From assembly GCA_026982145.1 (NCBI GenBank), contig JALSHQ010000393.1, positions 1 to 39,433 of the forward strand: a stretch of DNA of 39,433 nucleotides, written 5' to 3'. Position 1 is the stretch's first letter. Each line of letters opens with the position of its first letter. This document shows, piece after piece, positions 26,524-34,751 of this stretch. Position numbers and translations under genes: made by a program. The stretch is from Gammaproteobacteria bacterium. Its GTDB lineage: Bacteria > Pseudomonadota > Gammaproteobacteria > SZUA-140. A model generated the notes under the pieces. That model worked only from the letters and a program-made list of their open reading frames with translations, was not told where the DNA came from and did not search any database.

Positions 26524-26984
26524 AGCGTGCTTTAGCTTGTTTAATGTTGCTTTCTACGATGATGATTTCACCTTTAGTGCAGGCGAAAGAGGCAGCGTTA
26601 ATGGCAGCTGACCCTGTATTGGAGAAACGTGTGATGGCGCTGGCGTATGAGCTACGCTGTTTGGTGTGCCAGAACCAGTCACTGGGAGATTCACACTCCG
26701 ATTTTGCAATTGATCTCCGCAGCGAAATGCGTGAACAGATGAGCCAAGGCAAAAGTGATGAGCAGGTGATTGAGTTTATGGTGCAGCGTTATGGAGACTT
26801 CATCCGCTTTCGTCCCCCCGTTAAATCAACCACGCTTCTATTATGGTTCGGCCCGCTGCTGTTATTGATGATCGGAGCCTTAGTGCTGTTTTTCAGTTTG
26901 AAGGCACGTAAACGCACGGTTAAAACAACACCGTTGAATGATGAAGAACGCAAACGTGCAGAAGCGTTGTTAGACGACAAATAA
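26520..26984 (+). CDS. ccmH: Cytochrome c biogenesis protein CcmH
   Basis: LRCLVCQNQSLGDS motif, ...QRYGDFIRFRPP and a C-terminal TM helix. The gene is separate from ccmI, as in Pseudomonas/Shewanella-type operons. Confidence 0.94.
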   Translation: MKRALACLMLLSTMMISPLVQAKEAALMAADPVLEKRVMALAYELRCLVCQNQSLGDSHSDFAIDLRSEMREQMSQGKSDEQVIEFMVQRYGDFIRFRPPVKSTTLLLWFGPLLLLMIGALVLFFSLKARKRTVKTTPLNDEERKRAEALLDDK

Positions 26985-27072
26985 GCATTGGGCGATTTGA
27001 ATAAATTGGCCAATATCAGAGCAACCCGTAGAGAGTAAAGCCGCTAAGGCTGATGCAGAGGAAATTTAAGGC

Positions 27073-28362
27073 ATGATTATTTTTTGGATTGTGGCAGCGC
27101 TGCTGACGCTCGCGGCACTGTTGTTTTTATTACCCCCCCTGCTGCAGTTAGGCAAAAAACAGGACGAGGTGGTGATTGAGCAAGATGCGCTCAATGTTTC
27201 TATTTATAAAGACCAGCTAGCAGAGTTGGAGCAAGACCTCCTGAATGATGTGATTACGCAGGATCAATGCGAGCAAGGGAAGCAAGAGTTAGAACATCGC
27301 TTATTAGAAGATGTAACAGGTGAAGCGGGCAGTGTTGCAACTAGCGCGGAGGGCAGCAGCAAGATTACCGCCGGCGTTGTCACGGTGGTGGTGATTGCGA
27401 TGACGGTTTTGCTCTATCTTCAACTCGGCAAACTTGAGCTAGTGGCGCCTGTGGCGGAGAACGATACCATCGCACCTAAAATAGCTCCGGAGATGAGCCA
27501 AGATGAGATTGTTGATCAGGTCGCAATGATGGTGAGTCAGCTCTCGGCTCGCCTTGAGAAAGACCCCAGTGATGTGCAAGGGTGGGCAATGCTAGGGCGC
27601 TCATATTACGCATTGAGCCGCTATGGCGATGCGGTAGCCGCGTTCGCGAAAGCCGTTTCGATTGTTGATAACGATGCTCAGCTGCTGACAGATTATGCCG
27701 ACGCAATGGCGATGAGCAGTGGCGAGCAGACACTGGAAGGACGCCCGATGCAGCTGATCATGCGCGCGCTGAACCTTGATCCGCAGAATCAGAAAGCGTT
27801 GTGGCTAGCCGGCACCGCAGCTTATGAGCGTGCCGATTTTGAATCCGCCCTGATCTACTGGAAACGGATCTATTCGATGCTGGATCCAAACTCACAAACA
27901 GGGCAAACCATGGCGGGTAATATTGCAGAGACTGAGCAGTTGATGCAGGCGCAGCGTGCCAATGCGAATGGCGATAGTGCTGCGGTTACGAGTCCGGCTG
28001 CCACACCCGCGACTCAGCCGGCAAAAGTGAGCGGCGTGGTGACATTGTCACAATCACTCGCGGCAGAAGTGTTACCAACGGACACCATTTACATCTTTGC
28101 TCGCGCCATGCAGGGGCCGCGTATGCCGCTGGCCATTCTGAAAACCGAAGCGGGCAAGATGCCGATTGAATTTACCCTTGATGATTCGATGGCGATGGAT
28201 GCATCGATGAACCTCTCCAGCACGACGGAAGTGATGGTGATGGCGCGCATCTCACGCAGCGGAAATGCAACACCTCAAAGCGGTGACCTGCAGGGCGGGG
28301 TACAGAACGTGAAGATCGGTGCTTCTGGTATTGAGATTGTGATCGACGAGGTCATTCCTTAG
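27073..28362 (+). CDS. ccmI: Cytochrome c biogenesis TPR protein CcmI (CycH)
   Basis: Two N-terminal TM helices around a charged loop, then TPR repeats (GWAMLGRSYYALSRYGDAVAAFAKAV...). Its position after ccmH is canonical. Confidence 0.85.
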   Translation: MIIFWIVAALLTLAALLFLLPPLLQLGKKQDEVVIEQDALNVSIYKDQLAELEQDLLNDVITQDQCEQGKQELEHRLLEDVTGEAGSVATSAEGSSKITAGVVTVVVIAMTVLLYLQLGKLELVAPVAENDTIAPKIAPEMSQDEIVDQVAMMVSQLSARLEKDPSDVQGWAMLGRSYYALSRYGDAVAAFAKAVSIVDNDAQLLTDYADAMAMSSGEQTLEGRPMQLIMRALNLDPQNQKALWLAGTAAYERADFESALIYWKRIYSMLDPNSQTGQTMAGNIAETEQLMQAQRANANGDSAAVTSPAATPATQPAKVSGVVTLSQSLAAEVLPTDTIYIFARAMQGPRMPLAILKTEAGKMPIEFTLDDSMAMDASMNLSSTTEVMVMARISRSGNATPQSGDLQGGVQNVKIGASGIEIVIDEVIP

Positions 28363-28420
28363 CGATCACGTGGCGCGTCATCTCGTCTGAAACGGAAGGT
28401 GGCGCTGCGATGAGGGGGAT

Positions 28421-28987
28421 ATGATCTATAGAGCGGTGTGGCTTCCACTGTTGGCGTTGTTACTCACCGCGTGTGAGTTCGGCGAGCATCATAGTGCTGA
28501 GTCACTGCCTCGCCTTTCTGCGGGCGATCTTTTTCCCGAGGTGACGCTGCCGGGGTTGGATCGACCCGACCTGCCAATCTCACAGTTGCGGGGAAAGGTG
28601 GTGGTGCTTAATGTCTGGGCGACTTGGTGCGCTCCCTGTCGACGCGAGCTGCCAAGCCTACAACGCCTTGGTGAACAGCTGGATCGTGAGCGCTTTGCCG
28701 TGCTGGGGCTCTCTGTGGATGATGATAAACATGAGCCGCGTGAATACCTGATCGACCGAAAAATCAAGCTAACAAGCTATATTGATATGGATACATCAAT
28801 AGTGCGCAGCCTCGGTGTGCAAGGCTACCCCGATACCTATTTGATCGGCGTGGACGGACGCTTGCTGATGAACATTGAGGGTGAACGAGCGTGGGACAGC
28901 CCCCAAGTGGTGGCGGCGCTGGAGGCCGCTTACGAGGGAGATACCGCGCTGTTGCAAGGCATCCTGCATCAGGATATGAGAGAATAA
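28421..28987 (+). CDS. TlpA/ResA-like thioredoxin-fold lipoprotein
   Basis: Lipobox LLALLLTAC and redox motif WATWCAPCRRELP. It also carries the GVQGYPDTYLIGVDG string typical of the redoxin/AhpC-TSA fold. Confidence 0.85.
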   Translation: MIYRAVWLPLLALLLTACEFGEHHSAESLPRLSAGDLFPEVTLPGLDRPDLPISQLRGKVVVLNVWATWCAPCRRELPSLQRLGEQLDRERFAVLGLSVDDDKHEPREYLIDRKIKLTSYIDMDTSIVRSLGVQGYPDTYLIGVDGRLLMNIEGERAWDSPQVVAALEAAYEGDTALLQGILHQDMRE

Positions 28988-29033
28988 CGCTGGAATATTG
29001 ATGAAGGGCAATAACAGGCGAGGGGGCATGGTC

Positions 29034-29375
29034 ATGCGCAGTGAGAATTTTCTGAAAAAGGTGAGCCGTTATGGTGGCAGCGCTGTGCTGCTGTGCAGTA
29101 TGGCGTTACTGGGTATGCCACAGGCGATGGCGGGCAACCCGGTCAATGGTGGAAAAGTTTACAACCAGCACTGCAAAAAGTGCCACGGTGTTAGTGGCAA
29201 GAGCACCTTCCCGGGGGTGGCCGATTTTTCACGTGGCGAGGGGCTGTTAAGAGCGGATAGCGAGCTGCTGAAGAAAATTAGAAATGGCGGCGGGATGATG
29301 CCTGCATATCGCGGTATTTTGAAGGATAATGAGATCCTTGACGCGATCACCTACCTGAGAAAACTGCATCGATGA
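29034..29375 (+). CDS. Periplasmic monohaem class I cytochrome c
   Basis: One CXXCH motif (CKKCHG), with a distal Met candidate in GGGMMPAY. Signal peptide ...SAVLLCSMALLGMPQAMA. The start is chosen at the ATG at 29034 because GAGGGGG lies 7 nt upstream; 29001 and 29028 are alternatives. The stop overlaps the next start (ATGA). Confidence 0.85.
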   Translation: MRSENFLKKVSRYGGSAVLLCSMALLGMPQAMAGNPVNGGKVYNQHCKKCHGVSGKSTFPGVADFSRGEGLLRADSELLKKIRNGGGMMPAYRGILKDNEILDAITYLRKLHR

Positions 29376-30583
29376 GAGCAAGAGTCACCCTGATTTCGCT
29401 GGCATTATCGTCAGCGCTGCTCCTCTCTGCCTGCTCCAGCTCTGATGATGAGACCGCGACCCTGTCGGGCGATGAGTTATCATCCAAGCTAGCGCAGCCT
29501 GCCACAAATCCATCGCCATCGCTGACTGGAAAAAACCGTGTGGCACCATCGGAAGCCGAGCCCGCCGTCGGGTCAGTGCGCAGCACGCTACCGCGCGTGC
29601 TGGAGTCCTTTGGTGTCGGTGATGGTGTTTTTGTGCGTTCACTGGCGCTAGACCTGCACGACAAAGCGGTTTGGGTGGGCACTTCTGCAGGTGTGCTTGA
29701 GATCGATCTTGATAGTTACGACCTACGCGCTACCTATTCACGCAACGATGGCCTCGCCAATGAATATGTCTTTAGCATCATGGTCGATCGCCAAGGCAGC
29801 AAGTGGTTTGGCACCAATGGCGGCGGCATGACACGTTACCGCAATGGCGAGTGGAAAACATTTTTTCCGATGCATGGGCTGGCAGATTACTGGGTCTACT
29901 CTTTTGGTGAATCCAAAGAGGGGGACTTATGGGTGGGCACTTGGGGTGGCGCTAATCAGTTCGACAGTCACAGCGACACCTTTACCGCCACCTATGTGAC
30001 AGAGCTGGTGAATGAGTGGGTTTACGGCATTGCCAGTGATGACCAAGGGCGCATGTGGCTCGGCACCGAAGGGGGCATTTCGATGTTCGACGGTGAGCGT
30101 TGGCACGCATTCACACATGAAGATGGTGTGGGCGCACCCAACACCCGCAGCCTTCCCGTAAGCCAGAACACCGGGCTGGGCACACGTGAGCGCCATGACC
30201 TCAGTGTCGCCTCAGAAGGGGAACAGACCTATAACCCCGGTTATGTCTTCTCTGTATATGTGGCTGCAGATGGCCATGTTTGGGCGGGCACATGGGGCGG
30301 CGGCGTGAGTTTTTATGATGGGAAAAAATGGCAAAGCCTGACCACGGAAGATGGGCTGGCCGGCAACATCGTCTATAGCATCGCACAGGATAGTGAGGGT
30401 GTATTTTGGTTTGGCACCAACCAAGGCCTCTCTCGTTACGATGGCAAAGCGTGGCAGACCTTTGCTAAAGCGGGTGCCAATGGTTTGATCGATGACAATG
30501 TTTATGCAGTAATTACGCTACCGACAGGCGAGGTGTGGGTCGGTACACGTGGCGGTGTGACCCGCATCGGTTACGGCGACTAA
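29372..30583 (+). CDS. Stand-alone Reg_prop (two-component-regulator propeller type) beta-propeller lipoprotein
   Basis: Lipobox LLLSACSSSDD. About seven repeats of the W-x-G-T-x-G-G type are present: VWVGTSAGVLEID, KWFGTNGGGMTRY, LWVGTWGGANQFD, MWLGTEGGISMFD, VWAGTWGGGVSFYD, FWFGTNQGLSRYD and VWVGTRGGVTRI. Confidence 0.8.
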   Translation: MRARVTLISLALSSALLLSACSSSDDETATLSGDELSSKLAQPATNPSPSLTGKNRVAPSEAEPAVGSVRSTLPRVLESFGVGDGVFVRSLALDLHDKAVWVGTSAGVLEIDLDSYDLRATYSRNDGLANEYVFSIMVDRQGSKWFGTNGGGMTRYRNGEWKTFFPMHGLADYWVYSFGESKEGDLWVGTWGGANQFDSHSDTFTATYVTELVNEWVYGIASDDQGRMWLGTEGGISMFDGERWHAFTHEDGVGAPNTRSLPVSQNTGLGTRERHDLSVASEGEQTYNPGYVFSVYVAADGHVWAGTWGGGVSFYDGKKWQSLTTEDGLAGNIVYSIAQDSEGVFWFGTNQGLSRYDGKAWQTFAKAGANGLIDDNVYAVITLPTGEVWVGTRGGVTRIGYGD

Positions 30584-30639
30584 ACGCAGGCCGCATGTTT
30601 GTGCTCTGCTTGAAATGAACTGAATAAAAGGTAGAAAAC

Positions 30640-31983
30640 GTGAATCTGAATTTCAAGGCGTTAGCAGTCGTGGTGATCATCATGGGGCTGATGGTGGTGG
30701 GTGGATATAAACTGGGCACTCAGCAGGCGAGCAGTGAGTTGGCACTGCAAAAGAGATTGCCAGCCGCCGTGGGTAACAATATGAGTGCAGGTGAATTAAA
30801 GCCAGGGGCACAGGTGCCGCTTAACCACCCGCCGATGGAAAGCCCGGCCCCTGCCGCGACACAAACCACAACTTTTCCTCAACCTGCAACCGCCCAAGCT
30901 AATCTTACGGGCTTGGGCGGGAGTGCCGGAACGCCTGCGCCGCAGCTTAGCGGGGAGAGTAAATTTGCCCATTTTCGCGTCGGTAACCGCAATGTAAAAG
31001 GGCTGGCGATTGATGGCCACTATGTCTGGATCGGCACCTCAGGCGGTGTGATTCGTTACAACACCCTTGATGACAAATATGATGTGTATGATAACCGCAT
31101 CGAAGGGTTGCTCTCTAACGGTGTTTTTCATGTGAGCCGGATTGATAACAAACTCGCCGTGGGCACCTATGGCGGTGGTCTTTCAGTGATGGATATCGAT
31201 ACCAGTGTCTGGACAAACTACAACATTCCCATCGGGCTTGCTGATCAGTTTGTTTACGACATGCAAAAAACCAGCAATGGTGACATTTGGATCGCCACTT
31301 GGTCTGGCGCAAACCGCATCCGCGGAGGAGACCTAGACGACCACTCAAAGTGGGACATGTTCACCGTTGAAAATACCAACGGTGGCATTCCAAACCCGTG
31401 GGTATACGGGGTTGAAGAGGGGCTGAATGGTGACATCTGGCTCGCGACCGAAGAGGGGCTGGCACTCTTCCGCGGAGGAAAATGGGAGAATTGGCAGCAT
31501 AAAGATGGCCTAGGTGCACCGATCGAAATCGTACGTGATGCGATCACTTCAAGAAACGACCCTGCAAAGTCATCCCAACATCACGCCCGCCAAAAAAGCG
31601 AACAGGGGTTGGAAGATGTTGATATCGCCTATAACCCAAACTACATCATCTCACTTGCGGTCGATAGCGACGGCATTGTCTGGGCGGGCACTTGGGGGGG
31701 CGGGCTGGCGCGTTTTGATGGTGAAAACTGGCTCAATTACACCACTGCGGATGGCCTGCCGGGGAACCACATCTTCATGCTGCATATCGATATCGACGGC
31801 CAACTCTGGATCGGCACCAGCAAAGGGCTCGCACGCTTTAAAAAAGAAGGTGAAGGTTTTGATGTGATGACCACGCTCGATGGCCTCTATGCCAACAATG
31901 TTTTCTCAATGGCGAAGGGGGAAGATGGCACCATGTGGGTCGGTAGCTTTGGTGGCGTTGCTAAACTGAATGCCCCGCTCTAG
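30640..31983 (+). CDS. Stand-alone Reg_prop beta-propeller protein with an N-terminal membrane anchor; paralogue of the preceding gene
   Basis: GTG start. TM helix ALAVVVIIMGLMVVGG, then a Pro/Ala/Gln-rich linker. The same repeat type recurs: VWIGTSGGVIRYN, LAVGTYGGGLSVMD, IWIATWSGANRI, IWLATEEGLALF, VWAGTWGGGLARFD, LWIGTSKGLARF and MWVGSFGGVAKL. Confidence 0.8.
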   Translation: MNLNFKALAVVVIIMGLMVVGGYKLGTQQASSELALQKRLPAAVGNNMSAGELKPGAQVPLNHPPMESPAPAATQTTTFPQPATAQANLTGLGGSAGTPAPQLSGESKFAHFRVGNRNVKGLAIDGHYVWIGTSGGVIRYNTLDDKYDVYDNRIEGLLSNGVFHVSRIDNKLAVGTYGGGLSVMDIDTSVWTNYNIPIGLADQFVYDMQKTSNGDIWIATWSGANRIRGGDLDDHSKWDMFTVENTNGGIPNPWVYGVEEGLNGDIWLATEEGLALFRGGKWENWQHKDGLGAPIEIVRDAITSRNDPAKSSQHHARQKSEQGLEDVDIAYNPNYIISLAVDSDGIVWAGTWGGGLARFDGENWLNYTTADGLPGNHIFMLHIDIDGQLWIGTSKGLARFKKEGEGFDVMTTLDGLYANNVFSMAKGEDGTMWVGSFGGVAKLNAPL

Positions 31984-31991
31984 CTGCTGTT

Positions 31992-32016
31992 TTCACTGTT
32001 AAGAAAAGTGAATTTT
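31992..32016 (+). terminator. Weak intrinsic-terminator-like hairpin after the propeller genes
   Basis: TTCACT (31992-31997), a 9-nt loop, AGTGAA (32007-32012), then TTTT (32013-32016). The stem is short and AT-rich. Confidence 0.3.
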
Positions 32017-32125
32017 GTCGTGGCTCAATGAGTGGGCAGTTACCATTAGGGTGACAGCGGCATCGAAAACAGTTTTATAGGACGCTGATTTTCTTGATTT
32101 AAACAGTCGGGAATTAACCCTTTGT

Positions 32126-32154
32126 TTGACCTTGTGTAGTAATTTTCCTACTAT
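32126..32154 (+). promoter_or_regulatory. Sigma70-like promoter candidate for the haem-sensor GGDEF-EAL gene
   Basis: TTGACC (32126-32131), a 17-nt spacer and TACTAT (32149-32154), about 30 nt upstream of the TTG start at 32184. Confidence 0.45.
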
Positions 32155-32183
32155 CAAAGCATGAGGCTACTTGGAACTGTGCG

Positions 32184-34652
32184 TTGAAAAGCTTGGGCAC
32201 GCGCATCGCGGTTGTCATCTCTTCTGTATTAGTTGTCCTTCTGTTGATTGTCGCTTTTTCTGTGGATCATCAACTCACTCGCTCGATGAAGAACGAGGAT
32301 ATCACTCAAATAAAAACACATGCCCGCACCATGCTGGCCAGCCTGCAAACGTTGATGTTAAGTGGCCAAGGGGTGCTGGCGCGCGAGTGGCTTGAGCGAA
32401 TGCGCGGTGAGTCCGGGGTGGTTGAAATAGCGATACTGCGTAAAGATGGGCGGGAAGCCTTTACCGATACCACCACCATTGATGCGGTAAACCTTTTTTT
32501 GCAGCAGCCCCGGTTTAGTCGCCAGCCAGTGGAGCCCAAGTATCAACCACAAAATCAGGAATCCACCCATGTGAGCAACGCCCTCGCGGGCGGTGTCGTT
32601 GTGGCTGATGATCAGCCACAACAGGTGGTGATTTATATGCCGATCAAGGCGAAGCTGGAGTGCCTCACTTGTCACGGTTATGACACTTCCCAAATGCGTG
32701 GGGTGCTCAAACTTGCCGTTTCGACTGAACAAGCGAGCAAGCGCATTCAGGCGATGCGCTTTAATCTATGGGGGATGTCGACGCTGGTGGTGTTGATGCT
32801 GGCACTGGCGCTCTGGATCTCACTTCGCCAGAGCGTCGTGCGCCCTATTGCAGCCCTGCGGGATGCCTTGTGGCAAGCGGGCAAAGGCGACCGTAACATT
32901 AAGCTGGCGGTGAACCGGCGTGATGAAATTGGTGAACTCAGCGCAGTGTTTAACCGTATGCAGCAACAGCTCAGCGCAACGGAGGCACGCATTGGGGCGG
33001 TGATGACGAGCGTGATCGAGCCAATTGTCATCATCGATGATCATGGTTTGATTGAACAGGTGAATCCCGCGCTCGAGCAAACTTTTGGTTATCGAGAGAA
33101 TGAGCTGATCGGGCGCAGCGTTTCGGTGTTGATGTCAGCAGGTGATCGTCCCGAGCATGAGCGAGCGATTGAACAGTACCTGTTAAAAGGGCGGGGTAGC
33201 GCGAGTGAGCGCAGCCGAGAAATTGAATGTTTGCGTCACGATGGCACGCTTTTTTCTGCTGAGATTACGATCAGTGAAATGCATGTCGATGACAGTTGCC
33301 GTTTTATCTGCATCGTGCGCGATATTTCTGAGCGCAAAGCGTACCTTGATGCGATTGAATATCAGGCGCTGCATGATGTGCTAACCGGGCTGCCTAATCG
33401 CGTATTGCTGCTGGACCGGTTGCGTCAGAGCGCGCGCGGTGCCTCGCGTACCCAGCAGCCATTAGCGTTATTGGTGATTGACCTCGATCACTTTAAACAG
33501 GTGAACGACACCCTTGGCCACCACAATGGCGACATCATTCTAAAGCTTGCCGCCGAGCGGATGAATACCGTGTTGCGCAGTTCAGATACGGTGGCTCGAT
33601 TGGGTGGGGATGAATTCGCAATATTACTGCCCGCCACTGATCGGGCGCAGGCGGAACAGATCGCCGAAAAATTACGCGCCGTGCTGGAGCAGCCCTGTGA
33701 GCTTGAAGGGCACACTTTTTACGTCGGTGCCAGTGTCGGCATTGCCATGTACCCAGAACATGGCGTCGATGATGTGAGTTTAATGCAGCATGCTGATGTT
33801 GCCATGTATGTTGCGAAGCGGGCAAAAAGTGGCCACGCCGTTTATCAAGAGGGGCAGCGTCATGGCAGCCTGCCGCAACTCTCATTGATGAATGAGCTGC
33901 GCGCCGCGGTCGATAACAATGAACTGCGGCTCTGCTATCAGCCGGTGATCAATCTAAAATCAGGCAGTATCAGCGGTGTTGAGGCGCTGGTGCGCTGGCA
34001 GCACCCCACAAAAGGGTTGCTCTACCCCAATGCGTTTATCCCGCTTGCGGAGCAGACGGGGCTGATTGGCCCGCTAACGCTGTGGGTGTTTGAGCAGGCG
34101 ATGTTGCAGAGCAGTGAGTGGGAGTCATTGGGGCTGGAGCTGCGTGTTTCGGTTAATCTCTCGGCGCGCAGCCTACATGATGCGAGATTTCCGGGTCAGT
34201 TGACTCAACTGATCGATTCGGCGGGCATTCAGGCTGAGCGTCTGCGCCTAGAAATTACTGAGAGTGCCATTATCACCGATCCAGAATATACCGCCAACAT
34301 GCTCAATAATCTGAGCAAGATGGGGGTTCGTATTTCGATTGACGACTTTGGCACCGGCTACTCATCGCTCGCTTATCTAAAACAGCTGCCGGTCGATGAG
34401 ATCAAAATAGACCGCTCGTTCGTGACCCACATGCTGGAAGATGAGAGCGATGAAGTGATTGTCCGCTCAACGATTGACCTCGCTCATAACATCGGCATGA
34501 AAGTGGTCGCGGAAGGGATCGAGCAACAAGCGGTTTACGACCGGCTGGTAGCACTCGGTTGTGATGCCGCGCAGGGGTTTCACATGGGACGTCCCCTCTC
34601 TCCTGCTGCATTTTTAACTTGGTTAAAATCATCCCCGTGGGGGGTGAGATAA
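32184..34652 (+). CDS. c-di-GMP signalling protein: periplasmic CXXCH (haem c) sensor domain, then HAMP, PAS, GGDEF and EAL domains
   Basis: TTG start; there is no in-frame ATG that would keep TM1. TM1 is IAVVISSVLVVLLLIVAF. The ~165-aa periplasmic domain ends in PIKAKLECLTCHGYDTSQMRGVLKLAV (CLTCH at nt 32661-32675). TM2, a HAMP region (RPIAALRDAL...IGELSAVFNRM) and a PAS domain follow. GGDEF is intact with an I-site (RSSDTVARLGGDEF). The EAL domain is intact (EALVRW, LEITES, DDFGTGYSSLAYLK, QGFHMGRP). Confidence 0.9.
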   Translation: MKSLGTRIAVVISSVLVVLLLIVAFSVDHQLTRSMKNEDITQIKTHARTMLASLQTLMLSGQGVLAREWLERMRGESGVVEIAILRKDGREAFTDTTTIDAVNLFLQQPRFSRQPVEPKYQPQNQESTHVSNALAGGVVVADDQPQQVVIYMPIKAKLECLTCHGYDTSQMRGVLKLAVSTEQASKRIQAMRFNLWGMSTLVVLMLALALWISLRQSVVRPIAALRDALWQAGKGDRNIKLAVNRRDEIGELSAVFNRMQQQLSATEARIGAVMTSVIEPIVIIDDHGLIEQVNPALEQTFGYRENELIGRSVSVLMSAGDRPEHERAIEQYLLKGRGSASERSREIECLRHDGTLFSAEITISEMHVDDSCRFICIVRDISERKAYLDAIEYQALHDVLTGLPNRVLLLDRLRQSARGASRTQQPLALLVIDLDHFKQVNDTLGHHNGDIILKLAAERMNTVLRSSDTVARLGGDEFAILLPATDRAQAEQIAEKLRAVLEQPCELEGHTFYVGASVGIAMYPEHGVDDVSLMQHADVAMYVAKRAKSGHAVYQEGQRHGSLPQLSLMNELRAAVDNNELRLCYQPVINLKSGSISGVEALVRWQHPTKGLLYPNAFIPLAEQTGLIGPLTLWVFEQAMLQSSEWESLGLELRVSVNLSARSLHDARFPGQLTQLIDSAGIQAERLRLEITESAIITDPEYTANMLNNLSKMGVRISIDDFGTGYSSLAYLKQLPVDEIKIDRSFVTHMLEDESDEVIVRSTIDLAHNIGMKVVAEGIEQQAVYDRLVALGCDAAQGFHMGRPLSPAAFLTWLKSSPWGVR

Positions 34653-34668
34653 AGCATCCTTGCGAAGG

Positions 34669-34686
34669 GGGCAGTAAGCGCTGCCC
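34669..34686 (+). terminator. GC-rich hairpin 17 nt after the GGDEF-EAL stop
   Basis: GGGCAG, loop TAAGCG, then CTGCCC. No U-tract follows, so it may be a weak or Rho-assisted terminator or an RNA-stabilising hairpin. Confidence 0.35.
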
Positions 34687-34751
34687 AAAGCTGAGGTAAT
34701 CCCATAAAATAGCGCCTTCTGAAATCATCTAAAACAGCAGAGGCCACTTGA

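Noticed and set aside
27005-27014. A 10-bp perfect palindrome, ATTGGCCAAT, in the ccmH-ccmI spacer.
   Set aside because: It is too short to distinguish from chance. It has no flanking stem extension or T-tract, and the spacer is within an operon.
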